Shown here: piece by piece, positions 1 through 12,149 of the stretch
How the letters are laid out: each line of letters opens with the position of its first letter
Numbering within the stretch: position 1 is the first letter of the stretch
Assembly: GCA_000934665.2 (NCBI GenBank)
Contig: KZ538552.1
Location: forward strand, 1 to 63,696
Source of the DNA: Catajapyx aquilonaris
Taxonomy: Eukaryota
Length of the DNA stretch: 63,696 nt
Direction of reading: 5' to 3'
The notes under the pieces: model-generated
Databases searched by the model: none
What the model was told of the DNA's origin: nothing
Seen by the model: only the letters and a program-made list of their open reading frames with translations
Made by a program: the position numbers and the translations under genes

Positions 1-101
1 AACCCCCGATATGCTAATTTAAGGCGGTGTAGGGGCCTTCCCCTGGATTTCTATAAGGGACAAACAAACAAACTCTCCTTATTTATAGAGATAGAGAAGA
101 T
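1..101. repeat. Possible end of a Helentron/DINE-like interspersed repeat (truncated by window edge)
   Basis: (CAAA)n tract followed by 'ctctccttatttatagagatagagaagat', a layout recalled from DINE/HINE ends; pattern match only. Confidence 0.25.
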
Positions 102-1542
102 GTAAACTTTATTCTGCTCATTTAATTTCAATTCGTTACACTTTTTCACAATGGTTTTACATAAATATTTAAATGTCCCTGAAGCCTCAGGCTTCTGACA
201 CATTCTGACACACCGGGTGCAGAGTTTTCTCGGTAAGGGTCACTTTGTTGCAGGTTTCATAAAATTCCAGATAGTGAAATTTTGCTTCATATCCCCCTTA
301 ATGAGATTTCTACTTTCTGGATACTACAGAGCATTCTTTTCGGAATGCTACTGACCAACTCTCAGGAAGTGCAAGTGCGTGTGAAAGGCTAGGGATTTAA
401 TTTTATAATTATAGCGCAATAAAAATTATCCACTGAGGTGTTGGTTAGCCAGTTTGGTTAGCGATTTCTGTCGCACCACAGGCAATTTTTAAACAATTAT
501 TACTTTAGATCAGCTACTTTTAGAGGCAAATATTAGGTTAGGTGTAAACAATCCGCGTTCGACTCGTCAATGGCTGAACCCTTTTTTTTGCAGGATATAG
601 CCACAGACCACTTACTGTACACCCTTCCACAGTAATTTAAAAGGATATGATTCCTAGGAGAATCGTTTTAATAACAAGTTTAGTGCGACTAAACAGCTAA
701 CTAAAACGCCGACTTCAATTTATTGATATTCAAATTATATCTTACATAAAACAGGAGCACAAAGAGGCTCCCATAATGCCGTGTGAGTGTGGTCTAAAAC
801 AACGCAATCATTGCTCTAATAAGCATCGTAAGTGTCCTAATTGAAATAATTAAAAATTATGAATCGAGTAACATTGACAAGGTCAGAAATCATTTGGTTC
901 ATGCTTAGATGTTTTTAGTGGGCTTATCTACAAGCAGTTTACTACATAAAGCATCTTAGAATTGAAATTAATAATGACCAACACATTCTTGTAGCAGGAC
1001 ATTTTCTTGTAGGCTACCATAAACAGCACAAACCTGGTGAATTCAAAATAAAACACAAAACACTGTCACAATATTACAAATGATTGTCATTAATATTTAT
1101 TTTAATAATACATCTACGTAATTCCTCTCTTAACACTGAGGAAAAGTCATTTTAAAAAGCCTAAATCTCGTAATGTTGATTTTTCGATTTAATCATTCAT
1201 AGTACAATATGGCAATATATAAAACTGGGAATAAGTACGGTAATTCATGAACAGATCATTCAACCAAAATCTAATTTTCAAAAGGTTATAAGATGAGAAA
1301 TTCACACAAACACTGCTATGTTTGAGATACTGCTGCCATGAAACCAGTGCCTGGATATTTTGAGTGCCCTCTACCATGTAGACTGTAGAGTCCAACCAAT
1401 TCCTGTTTTACTTGATAAGTCCCATCACCCCAATACTGTAAAGTATCATAGAGTAGGCGGTAGGCCTACATACTCAGTGAAGACTAAGAAAATGTGCGTT
1501 TTACACCCCATTGCTTCGATAATACTTCTGTGCATCATAAGT

Positions 1543-2373
1543 TTACATCAAACTGGGAATAACTGCTGCATAAGCAGTTTCAGGATCATCATAGGCATCC
1601 ACATGATCTCCTGATTTGTATTTACCCTCTTCGAGGATTTTGATTAATTTTTGAGCCGTTGCGGTTGGAGTCAAGAGATACTGATTTTTGCTTAATTTTT
1701 CTTTGTTCTCATTTACCACCCCAAAATTTGACATGTAGTCCCACATGAGCTTCGTCGAAACTAATCCCGGAGCATAGCAAAGAACATTAAATTTAGGGTT
1801 CTCCAGAGCAAATGTTTTAAAAATTATATCTCGAGTAGCTTTTCCAGTGCAATACAAAGCCGAATTTGGAAATGTTACAATAGCTGCCTGAGATGTAATT
1901 TGAACAACTGTGTGTTTGCCGACAACAGCCTCGTTGAAGACTTTTGTGAATTGAGAGGTCAGACATACAGCAGAAAAAACATTCATAGTAAAATAATCCT
2001 GCATTTCCTTCGCCTGATCCATATCAGCAACATTCTTCATTGGACCCTGCGATGCAGCATTGTGAATCAAAATGGCATGCTGGAAATCAGAGGCCTTTTT
2101 TCCCAGCTTGTTCAGGCAACTGTTGATGGACTGAAGGAACTTTTGGCTGTTGCAGTTGCCCAAATCAACTGATTCTGTCACCACCTTGACATGTGGGGCA
2201 GCCTTGGTCACCATTGCCTTGGTTTCATCCATGCCCTTCACATCCCGTGAGAGCAGAAGAAGGGCAGAGTCCTTCTCCATCCGACGTCCAAATTCCACTG
2301 CCATGGCCTGCCCTATACCACGACTGGCACCAGTGATCAGGCAGAATGCCCGGCCCTCCCAGAATTTGGACAT
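1543..2373 (-). CDS. SPR: Sepiapterin reductase-like SDR, paralogue 1 (276 aa, intronless CDS)
   Basis: TGASRGIG Rossmann motif, HNAA, QITS...YCTGK (S-Y-K intact), LENP-x-VLCYAPG, SGDHVDAYD as in SPR. Start set at MSKFW (ATG 2373) by alignment to paralogues and the acceptor ttttggtttcag ending at 2389; the ORF-track start at 2433 is not an ATG. Confidence 0.92.
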   Translation of the reverse strand: MSKFWEGRAFCLITGASRGIGQAMAVEFGRRMEKDSALLLLSRDVKGMDETKAMVTKAAPHVKVVTESVDLGNCNSQKFLQSINSCLNKLGKKASDFQHAILIHNAASQGPMKNVADMDQAKEMQDYFTMNVFSAVCLTSQFTKVFNEAVVGKHTVVQITSQAAIVTFPNSALYCTGKATRDIIFKTFALENPKFNVLCYAPGLVSTKLMWDYMSNFGVVNENKEKLSKNQYLLTPTATAQKLIKILEEGKYKSGDHVDAYDDPETAYAAVIPSLM

Positions 2374-3470
2374 GATTGATTTAGTAGTCTGAAACCAAAA
2401 TGCATACATATGCACTAACAAAATTTCAATCAAATGTAGATAACCTTCAGATTGTCACATCATTGGCAAGAGTTACATTAATTTGAATGATAGCATCAGA
2501 ATGGCCATAATATACTTCTCCAACAAATAGCATAACTTCAAATTCATCATGTTGAGGTTCAACATTAAGTTTAACATTTAAAAAACTCACTAATACTGGA
2601 GTTGTTCAAAAATGCTGCATTTTGTATAGCCTACAGTATATTTCGATTTTGTCATTTCGATGATTACAACTACATCTACAAATAAAATTATTTACATCTC
2701 AACTGCTGGACTTGCTTTCCTTATAATGATTAATATTCACTTTATAGCCCTTTCATTTCTCAAGATCATACATTTGGCCTACAGTATGTCACTGTTTTGA
2801 CCATGAAAATGTGCATGTTCATGTTTTACACTAAAATTTAAATTAGGAATAACTTAAATGGATTATTTTTGCTCATTCTTACCTACAAGTCCTAAGGAGA
2901 CTACGTGCAGAGCAGATGAGGCACCTCTTTTGACTAAGGACAACTACAGCATTGGTTAGAGCGAGCTCATTTTCCGTCAGTTCAAGGACTCGGTTATATC
3001 ATCATTTGACAATAGAGAAAAAACTTCTTTACAGTTACATAATGTTGAGTCATGTACTGTACAGTACAGTGCCTACAGACTTTACAACAGGTTGTTTCTA
3101 TTATGAGTGCAAATGCTGTGTTGCCTAATCATTCAAACTTGCACCTTGCTTGAGGGCTGATGGTTGTATAATGCCAGGAAAGTATTGTGTCATTTCTCTG
3201 ACATAAGAGTACAGTGTAAAGTGCTGTTTGTGATGCTGTTGATCTGTATCATACATAGGGTAAACCATACAGTGATGGCCAGTTTAGTGTATTGGTCTCA
3301 GGAATGCATGAATATTCTCACCTTTTCTTTACACGTAGATGTTCTAAAATATTTTTCTAATGACTGGGGTTGTCCCAGTTCACATTGCATCAAATTCATG
3401 CAAATCTATCAGAATGTGTAATATATTTAAATATTTAAATATTAAAACATTTAAAATATCCTACCTAAAA

Positions 3471-3530
3471 GACAGTAATGGCCACCCATCCAGATAGTAA
3501 TGGCCAGGTATCAAGACAGTGATGGCCATG
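3471..3530 (+). repeat. Short minisatellite, ~22-bp unit x3
   Basis: gacagtaatggcca / gatagtaatggcca / gacagtgatggcca at ~22-bp spacing. Confidence 0.6.
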
Positions 3531-4819
3531 GCAGCAAACAATTATAGGCTATCTACAGTAGGGACCAAAGTAGGGACCCCATCGGTATTAGGAAGGTAGG
3601 CCTAACTGATGTGAGATAAAACCACTCAAAAGCCTGTACAGGTTGTCAGCAAATGCGACTATTTTATTTTGCAAGTATTTGTCACATAGCGTACAAGAAT
3701 AGGCTTTGGCCATTACACACAATAAGATAGGCCTATGGATTTGCTATTGCTGCGTAGTTCCTCCTAAATCATTGCTGTCATTTCTCTCCAAGAATAACTC
3801 TCGTGCTCATGATACTTAGGCCTACATATATGGCATTCAATTTTTTAAAGCCTAACACAGTAATGTCCATGGCATGGCCTTCACTATGAAACGTCATTAG
3901 ATGCTGGACAGTCATGGCCATCCTCATGAATTCATACTCCTGAACAAAGGGACTGGTTTCAATCCCACGTTTCAATAAAGCACCTCTAGACCAATACTTT
4001 CATATACCTCACACTGCTTTCGGGATATTTATGAGACCAGAAACACACTTACAATGCAAGAAAGTCAGACTTAAGAAAAAAGTTAACATTTCCAGCTGCA
4101 TTCCAACATGACCAGTAGGCCTCTGTGTCAGATACCATTACTGCTCTTGGAATGCCCGCTGTGGACTGATTTTTGACCTAGTTCATGCCAGGGACCACAG
4201 GTGTCACACCATGATCATTTCTTCATGTTCATTCGATATTTCTGAATGCTTTCCATGGTATGCTGCAAAAGGCACTGCCAAAAAGTAGGGGCAACAGTAT
4301 TAAATGCATTCATTTATTTATAACGTTGCAAAACAATTCCAAATACAGTAACGTGGGAACCAACTAGTTCAGATCTAGCTTATTGGAGACAGAATGTTAT
4401 ACACCTTTCATCTTTGTCGTTGGGTGAGGTATACAACTGAGGTCGATTTTAAAGCAAGAGCCGCAGGCTTTTGTAAACCCAACCCATTTGAAATTAAAAA
4501 TTTTGGCCTTAGGGGTGAATAGTGCAAGTGTGACAGTACCTAGTGTATCAATTTTCAATGCCTAGTTTGATATTAATTTCATCTACTTTTCCATAAAGAA
4601 AATGCCCATTATCAAGGAACTTGAACACACTATTTCCGCAATGACTCTCAGCTGAAGAACAAATGCTAGGATGAGGCCAACAGGTTTACAACATTCAACA
4701 ATGTCCCTTTCAAATTATTAAAAACTAATGGGCACCTTCAAATAAAAAAATAGCCCAGTTCTAGAATTGCATTACACCTCAGTGAGCATAAATCACCCAA
4801 TATACTCCACCATTTATTC

Positions 4820-5653
4820 TTAAGAAAAGGAGGTGTAGGTGTTGGGATCCTCATAATAATCAACGTGATCCCCAGAGGTGTACCTGCCATCCTCCAGAAT
4901 CTTCACCAGCTTCTGAGCAGCCATGGTCGGAGTGAGAATATTCTTGTTCTGCGATGCCGCCTTGTTGATGTCAGCCTTGCCAGATGGATCAAAGGCTGAC
5001 ATAAACTCCCCCAAGAGTTTGGTCGCCACAATTCCCGGTGCATAGCTAAGAACACTGATCTTGGGCTCCTCTAGAGCCAGTGACTTGAACATGATGTCAC
5101 GAGCCGCCTTGGCAGCACAATATTGAGAGGTAGTGGGAAAGGCATTCTGAGCAGCATAGGAAGTGATCTGGACCACTGTGCGACGGCTCACAGCTTCCTG
5201 GCTGAACACCTTCAAGAAATGTGCGTTCAGACATATGGGTGACACCACGTTAAAATTCAGATAGCTCTGCAGATCTGAGGGCTGCTCCATCTGGGTCACA
5301 GGAATCATGCTTCCAGGAGATGCTGCGTTGTGGACGATGATGGCGTGTTCGAAGTCAGTGGCCTTCTTCCCCAGGCGGATGAGACAACCGGTGATGGAGT
5401 CCAGGTACTTGAGGGGCTCGTTGACTGCAGCCAGATCGACCGACTCGATGAACACCTTCACATCTGGAGAGGCCTTGGTTACCAGGCCCTTGGTGGCATC
5501 TAAACCGGAGGTGGTACGGGCCATCAACAGGAGCGTTGAGTCTTTGCCGAGCATTTTGGAAAACTCGACGGCCAGTGCCTGCCCTATTCCTCGACTGGCG
5601 CCGGTGATCAGACAGAAGCTGACTCCCCCCCAAAATTTTGATTGGCCTGGCAT
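4820..5653 (-). CDS. SPR: Sepiapterin reductase-like SDR, paralogue 2 (277 aa, intronless CDS)
   Basis: TGASRGIG, HNAA, QITS...YCAAK, LEEP...YAPG, SGDHVDYY; AATAAA (minus strand, 4813-4818) right after the stop. Confidence 0.93.
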   Translation of the reverse strand: MPGQSKFWGGVSFCLITGASRGIGQALAVEFSKMLGKDSTLLLMARTTSGLDATKGLVTKASPDVKVFIESVDLAAVNEPLKYLDSITGCLIRLGKKATDFEHAIIVHNAASPGSMIPVTQMEQPSDLQSYLNFNVVSPICLNAHFLKVFSQEAVSRRTVVQITSYAAQNAFPTTSQYCAAKAARDIMFKSLALEEPKISVLSYAPGIVATKLLGEFMSAFDPSGKADINKAASQNKNILTPTMAAQKLVKILEDGRYTSGDHVDYYEDPNTYTSFS

Positions 5654-7097
5654 TCTGTTTCTGCAAGAACCATTTCACACGGTACAATAAGAGGGGAAAA
5701 AGAGTAATCAACGCCATGGAAAGGGAGAGTATAGTGAAGGGTGCATTGGCATGCAGAAAGCCTTTCCCATGTACACCTAGAATCACTTGCACGAAATGCT
5801 TTGTACATAGTCTCCTCCAAGCATTTGAAGGAAGATCTGAAGTTCTCGCCCACTCCCAGTAGTAGCCCAAATGTACCAGTGTGCACATGCAACCAAGATA
5901 GAAAGCTGAGTTGTCAACTAGAGGGTCCTAGGATGGATCACATTCATTTTCTCATTATATTTTTATATTTGTTTGCATATTAAAATTCCTGAATTTAATT
6001 ACCTTTCATGAAGTACACCTTCATACACTGATATTTTAATGCAATTGGACATAAGTGTCAGTAAAACTGCAGTGTGGATTGCCGCATGTCTAGAGCCTTA
6101 CAGATGTAGCCAAACTTTTGTTGGTGAGTGGTCAGTGCTTTTGCATGCACATTATCCTTCCATTTTTACATGCTTTGTTTTGGGCCAAGAAAACCACTGG
6201 CAGACAAAGGACATAAAAGAAGTAACCTATAAAATGTCTTCCAATAGAGATATTGGTTCTCGGTTGAAATATTTTTCACCCTAAGTTGGTTATTTTTAAG
6301 CAGTTACTTTGAAACAGTTACATTAGAAGTTAGCAAAAGTATTAGGAGCTAATATAAGGATGAATTGAATAATACATTCCAGCTTGGACGAGCTTGGAAT
6401 TGCAATGAATTTCCAATTACAAAGGAATTACTGGAACAACAGGCATTGAATGTCAATGATGGAACCCTTATTTTTAGGTAGATCCCCCTGCAAGGCATTA
6501 AAAAGAATGGATTCATGCAACCTGATATTAGCAGCCAATGATTTTGATAATCTCTAAAATTACCTGTTCCACACTACCTACCACAATGAGAAGCTAAGGG
6601 CAAACAAATTGCTAACAAGAGATCCTTTTGAAAGGCCTTCCTTGCACAAGGAATGTATGATGGATACCAACTTGCATTGCAATTGCGTTTTCAAAAGAAA
6701 CTATGTTGCTGTCAGACATTCTCAACCTCCCCACCATGTCTCAAATGGTGAGCTGAAGTCATCAATTTATTTCCAAGGAAAGACTAACCCTTACTGGCGT
6801 GCGGGATGCAGCAGGGGGAGTGGTGGCTGGGGGCAGCTTGGCTATGTCGCAAAGGCAGATTGATTTTTCGGATTTTGGAAGGGGTGTGCTGTACCAACCT
6901 AACCTAACCTAACCTTCCTTGCTTGCGGATTTAAGGCTGGAAGTGGTCTGGCTCTTTAAAAATATAGAATTAAATGACCTGAGCACGCAAATTAATTACC
7001 AATTAATGACCAAAATTTGACCAGATAATGGCTTCCTGGGATTAACACTTCGCCAAAAACAACCAAAGAAAATGTGTTTATCCAAAGTATGGTGGTA

Positions 7098-7849
7098 CAG
7101 TGCCGTGCACAATAGCATATAACAAGTGTAAACAACGACTTTGGCGTTACCTGGCAACTGGGCGTGTTCGGACATCGGCATGTGGAGAGTGCTTAGCGCT
7201 CTTTCTGTCATTGCCACTGTTTACAGGTAGCGATTGATGCTGGGCGACCTATAGCGAAGGGTGTGTGCATGCTTACCAATGCATGGCATCGGAATGAGCG
7301 GGCTGAGGGGGATATTATTATTATAATTATTATAATTATTATAATAATAATAATAATAATAATTATTATTATTATAATAATTATTATTATTATTATACCC
7401 CATTGGGATTTACCATATCCTTTAGGGGGGTGGATTACCACCATCGGAAATTGGAGCCATATAAGAAGATCTTATTTAATTACTCCAGGGTAGGTATTGG
7501 AGGGGATGTGCTAAGTGCAAGTGCAATGTCTCTAACGGCCATTCCGTAACTCCATCATCGTGGGAATAAGACAGTGACGATAGTGTGATAATAACGAAGC
7601 GCCTTCTCAAAATAATATCTCCTCAGCCCGCTTATTCCGATGCCATGCATTGGTAAGCATGACCACACCCTTCGCTATATAGGTCGCCCAGCATCAATCG
7701 CTACCTGTAAACAGTGGCAACGACAGAAAGAACGCTAAGCACTCTCCACCACTCTTGCTCTCCACATGCCGATGTCCGAACACACCCAGTTGCCAGGTAA
7801 CGCCAAAGTCGTTGTTTACACTTGTTATATGCTATTGTGCACCGCACTG
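7098..7849. mobile_element. Tc1/mariner-type MITE, 752 bp, ~220-bp terminal inverted repeats, TA TSD
   Basis: TA|CAGTGCCGTGCACAATAGCATATAAC... mirrored by ...GTTATATGCTATTGTGCACCGCACTG|TA; arms ~7098-7318 and ~7611-7849 are near-exact reverse complements. Confidence 0.88.
7312..7397. repeat. (ATT/AAT)n microsatellite inside the MITE
   Basis: Alternating att/aat triplet runs read directly. Confidence 0.95.
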
Positions 7850-8355
7850 TACATCATTCATTAAGCCAGCAGGCTGCAAGACCTGAAAGGTTGGACCAGC
7901 CCTTATCGCTAATCCTCTTTTCAGTCATGCAATAAGCTGTCAAGATTTACACTATGCAACAAAATCCACCTTATTTTCTGTCCATGGAAATTTATCGCTA
8001 TTTCTATGTTCCTTAGGTCCCTCGCAACTCATAATGACCACTCATTTTGTCTGAAATTAGTTTTTGACCTCGGGGCAGACAAAAAACGAAATCCCTCAAA
8101 ATGGATTAGTCGAATCAAGTGGGCTGAAATGTTGCTGGACCATCTCAGATTTTGGTGAAAAAAATCACAGCTCTACACAACTCTGCCATAATGCTGTATG
8201 CCAAGTTTCATCTGTATTGATAAATACCATGGGGAGGAGTAAAATCGCGACATTTTGGAAAGGGCTGAAAATGAAGCCTTTTTTGGATAATTTTTTAAAG
8301 GTTAGTGGAAGTGGACAAAACCCAATCAACATATTATACAGTATGTACGAGGATA

Positions 8356-8499
8356 CAGGGTGTTCCAGGTTCGTGGGTAACCTTTTGATAACTGATATTG
8401 CCCAATAGCAGACATTTTTTGTAGCTTGTTGTGCCCCCCAAAATCTCCTATCGGCGATATCAGTCATCAAAAAGTGACCCACGAACATGGAACACCCTG
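8356..8499. mobile_element. Short mariner-like MITE (CAGGGTGTTCCA family), internally deleted copy
   Basis: TA|CAGGGTGTTCCAGGTTCGTGGGT ... ACCCACGAACATGGAACACCCTG; shares ends and 'ttttttgtagcttgttg' with the copy at 15297. Confidence 0.75.
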
Positions 8500-8574
8500 T
8501 GTATCAAATGAAAGATAAGCACGAGGAGAAAGCGCCTATGAAATTAGTTTTCCTCAAATATGTAACCAGAAAAC

Positions 8575-8874
8575 GGGTGTGGCCAAGGGGTTAGCAACTC
8601 CCTGGAACCGGTGTACACCCTGGCCAAGGAACCAGGTGGAACCGGCTTGGAACCAGCCTGGAACCGGGTGGAACCTCCCGGTTCCAGGATCTGGTGTACA
8701 CTTTTTTGGGGAGTTGCTAACCCCTTGGGTGTGGCTGAGGAGTTAGCAACTCCCTGGAACCGGTGTACACCCTGACCAAGGAACCAGGTGGAACCGGCTT
8801 GGAACCGGGTGGAACCTCCCGGTTTCAGGATCTGGGGTACACTTTTTTGGGGGAGCTGCTAACCCCTTGGGTGT
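8575..8874. repeat. Tandem duplication of a 152/142-bp unit with inverted ends and internal GGAACC repeats
   Basis: Units start at 8575 and 8727 (gggtgtggc); unit 1 is bounded by ccaaggggttagcaactccc ... gggagttgctaaccccttgg, unit 2 by a near copy. Confidence 0.85.
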
Positions 8875-10614
8875 TGCATTTCATTGGTCACTAGCTCAGT
8901 CACATGTCCAAGAATTTTGAGCCCAACAATATTAGTGATGTATTTGAATAACAGCAGCCATATTTGGTGACAAGGGTTGCGACCCACGCAAGGTTTAATA
9001 TGTTCAGTTTGAAGCCTGGTTCATGCATGGCTCGTGAGAAAATATTAGAGATGTTTCGCAGGACCCAAATTCTTTTCAAGGACCCAAATTCTTGGACATG
9101 TGGCATATGGAATGCCACACATTATTCTGGTCATACCTTAGAGCAAAACTAATTCCATAGGCGCATCCTGCTCGTCTTCCGCTTTCTTTTGATGATGTGT
9201 TTATTGGAGTTTGACCACTTACACTAACCGAAAATAAATATGCAAAGAAGACCTCATTTTTAGCCCTTTCCAAATTTTGTCGATTTTTCCCCTCCCAACT
9301 GTATTGCGTAATATGGATGAAACTGGATATGCAGGGTTATGGTATTATTAGATGTGTACAGCGGTGATTTTCATCACCAAATTCAGAGATGGTATAGCAA
9401 CATTTCGGTCCACTTGATCTCGAGGAATTTGGATTTTTGACTGCCCTGAATCAAAAACAAATTTCAGCCAAAATGTATGGTTAGTATGAGTTATGCATGA
9501 CCTACGGCACAGAATAAATATAGAAATAGCCACAATTCCCCTGGACAAATATCGTGTTATTTAGCATTTAAAAAATAGACAAATTATCATTCTTTGCTGT
9601 ACAACAGAAGTTCACTTCTCAGAATCTTTAAATTTAATGACTTTAATGACCTCTTCTCAATATTAATGACTTTTAATGACTTGGCCAATAAATAATGACT
9701 TTTACGGAAACTAATGACCCACTTCCAGCCAAGCGGATACAGACCTATCTTAGCGACACAGCCCGCTGCCCCCACTGACTACTACCCTCCCGCCTCCCGC
9801 ACGCCAGCAAGAGCAAGTACAGCCATTTCCAAGAGTGTCCAGGTATGAGTGGACTCTTATGCAATAAATACGAAGGAAAATATGTAATCAAAAAATAAAG
9901 GCACCAGAGGCCCAGCTACTGTACATTAAAGGCATATTGAGGCATATATATTCCATGCTGTATGCATGCAAAACATTGTAGCCTACTGAAACGTACAAAA
10001 ATGTTGAGACCATTGTGAATTACGCTTTAATTCAAATCGCTTCATATTTTTGTCTGCTCCAGTAGTCTGCTCTAGGAGGTGCACACCAATCAAATTTCAT
10101 ATACAAATTCTGACCACACTATTACAAACTTTGGTTCAGACTGATCCTGCCAAAAAAAACCTGCCAATGTCCAAATTGTTCCTATTTTTCAAAAAGTGAA
10201 CTATTAGCATTATATTTCAACAAAATATTCATTGATTATTGCATGTAATAAGAATTATGAGTCTTCTATCCCTATATAGCACACCACCAACATCGAATAT
10301 CTGAATAAGTTTTTAAACTCATATCATACAATTGTCATTGCTGTACGGCATAAGTCTCCTAACCTTGAATATAAACTAAATTACCAATTTCACAAATATT
10401 TCTAATGAGTTTTACAGCAATACCAAAGTGGGAAAACATTGAAAAACTAAACTTGCATGAAGAAAACTTCACAACTGACTGAGAAACTACATATGAAACA
10501 GAATATCCACTTTCGCATAACACGTAAACAGCAACAATAATCGCCTTTTAAGTATTATTGCAGGTAATGGCAAAATCAATCTTAGAAATGGCCCCTTATA
10601 TGAACTCAGATGAT

Positions 10615-10978
10615 ACTCACAAGAGAATGACCAAGGGTGGTCACCTCCGATTTGGCTGAAACTTGCATGAGGGGTCAATCATGTGCCACAAACACAGTGG
10701 TGCAAGTCCTAAATTGAGTTGTTCAGCCGTTTCCAAGATGTGAGCAACAGAACATCCGAATTTTGGCGTACTGGGGTCGGGCGGGAAGGGACAAGTGCAA
10801 AACCCAGCAAGGCCCCTATACCCCTATTCGCCCCCTATTCTGATGTTGTCGCTCATATCTTGGAAACGGCTGAACTAAATTTAGGACTTTCACCACTGTG
10901 TTTGTGGCATATGATTGACCCATCATACAAGTTTCAGCCAAATTGGAGGCGACTACCCTTGGTCATTCCCTTGTCAGT
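10615..10978. mobile_element. MITE / fold-back element with ~135-bp imperfect TIRs
   Basis: acaagagaatgaccaagggtggtcacctccgatttggctgaaacttg... mirrored by ...caagtttcagccaaattggaggcgactacccttggtcattcccttgt; TSD unclear. Confidence 0.8.
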
Positions 10979-11289
10979 GCTCAACTGCAACCAAACTCCT
11001 TCAAATTCTAGGGATCCCCAAATTCCAGTGAGCAGGTTCACTCAAGGTGTGCACCTCTTCCTATTCCATCTTGTAGAGCACTATTACAGAAGATAAAAGA
11101 TACTATGCACCTGTATTTTCAAATCCTTCCTAGTAACCAGTGTCGATTCAGTGTGATTTAAAGTGATGCACGACTCTGCAAGGTGATAAACAAAACATAT
11201 GGCATGAAAATTGATAACAAAGCAGGCTCCACATTATGCTTTATTTTCTGCACATAACAATGTGTTCATGATTTTCCCAAAATACATCA

Positions 11290-12135
11290 TTAGTCCATCA
11301 TTTTAATAGGATCAAGCTCCCTAGCTGAGTAGTAACTCAACTTGTCTCCAGACTTGTACTCCCCCTCTTCCAGCAAATGCAAAAGCCTACTTACAGATTC
11401 TTCAGTAGTGAGAATCATCCCTTCATCAAACATCCTCCTAAACTCTGCCCTTGTTTCTGGATTTGGATTGTCAAGTCCACCTTTCTGCAGCATGTCTGTA
11501 TACACTGGGCCAGGAGAATAACCCAACACCAGAATATCAGGCTCCTCAACAGCCAGAGCTTTAAATGCTAAATCCCGAGCTGCTTTCCCCATCCCATACA
11601 AGCCACCACTTTTAAATGGCTTTGTTCCAGCAATAGAAGTTATCTGAATGACAGTCCTTCTCTGATCATCCAACTTACTGAACACCTTCAAAAATTGGGT
11701 GTTAAACAGCAGTGCAGCATATACATTTGTTCTCATGTATGATGACACCACATGCATGTCATCCCACTGCGACACAAATCCAGAGTCGGCCAAATTAGTT
11801 GCAGCATTATGAACAATGACAACATGCTTAAAATCAGCAGGTGAAAGTCCCAGCCGATTTAAGCAACCATTAATAGCAGTCAAATAGTCTTCATTCTCAG
11901 AGGTCGAAAAATCCATACCTGTCACCACAACAGTTATCCCTGGTGTGTCGGACTCAATCTGGACTTTGACCTTGATCAATTTTTCTGTATCTCTCGCCAA
12001 CAACAACATGACCGACCCTGCTTTGAGTCGGTGGGAAAATTGCACTGCAATCTGCTTACCAATACCTCTACTGGCCCCAGTCACTACGCAAAACGCCCGA
12101 CCTTCCCAAGAAAAGAAAGGCGCCGCTGAAGCCAT
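11290..12135 (-). CDS. SPR: Sepiapterin reductase-like SDR, paralogue 3 (281 aa); putative second cistron behind CCDC32
   Basis: TGASRGIG, HNAA, QITS..KPFKS..LYGMGKAARD, VEEPD..YSPGPVYTDM; strong Kozak context acaATGG; AATAAA on minus strand at 11240-11245. Confidence 0.93.
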   Translation of the reverse strand: MASAAPFFSWEGRAFCVVTGASRGIGKQIAVQFSHRLKAGSVMLLLARDTEKLIKVKVQIESDTPGITVVVTGMDFSTSENEDYLTAINGCLNRLGLSPADFKHVVIVHNAATNLADSGFVSQWDDMHVVSSYMRTNVYAALLFNTQFLKVFSKLDDQRRTVIQITSIAGTKPFKSGGLYGMGKAARDLAFKALAVEEPDILVLGYSPGPVYTDMLQKGGLDNPNPETRAEFRRMFDEGMILTTEESVSRLLHLLEEGEYKSGDKLSYYSARELDPIKMMD

Positions 12136-12149
12136 TGTGTTCCTCCCAC

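Noticed and set aside
2374..2433. N-terminal extension MIEILLV... of SPR-1 in the ORF track
   Set aside because: Starts at a non-ATG codon, runs through a splice acceptor, and has no counterpart in the paralogues.
3780..4280. Possible decayed transposase fragments (also ~16540-16950)
   Set aside because: The frames I translated are interrupted by stops and show no diagnostic motif I can identify without a search.
7208..7493. Poly-Ile/Asn/Tyr ORFs
   Set aside because: Translations of the AAT microsatellite inside a MITE.
8575..8874. CRISPR-like repeat array
   Set aside because: No unique spacers, only two long units, eukaryotic context, no cas genes.
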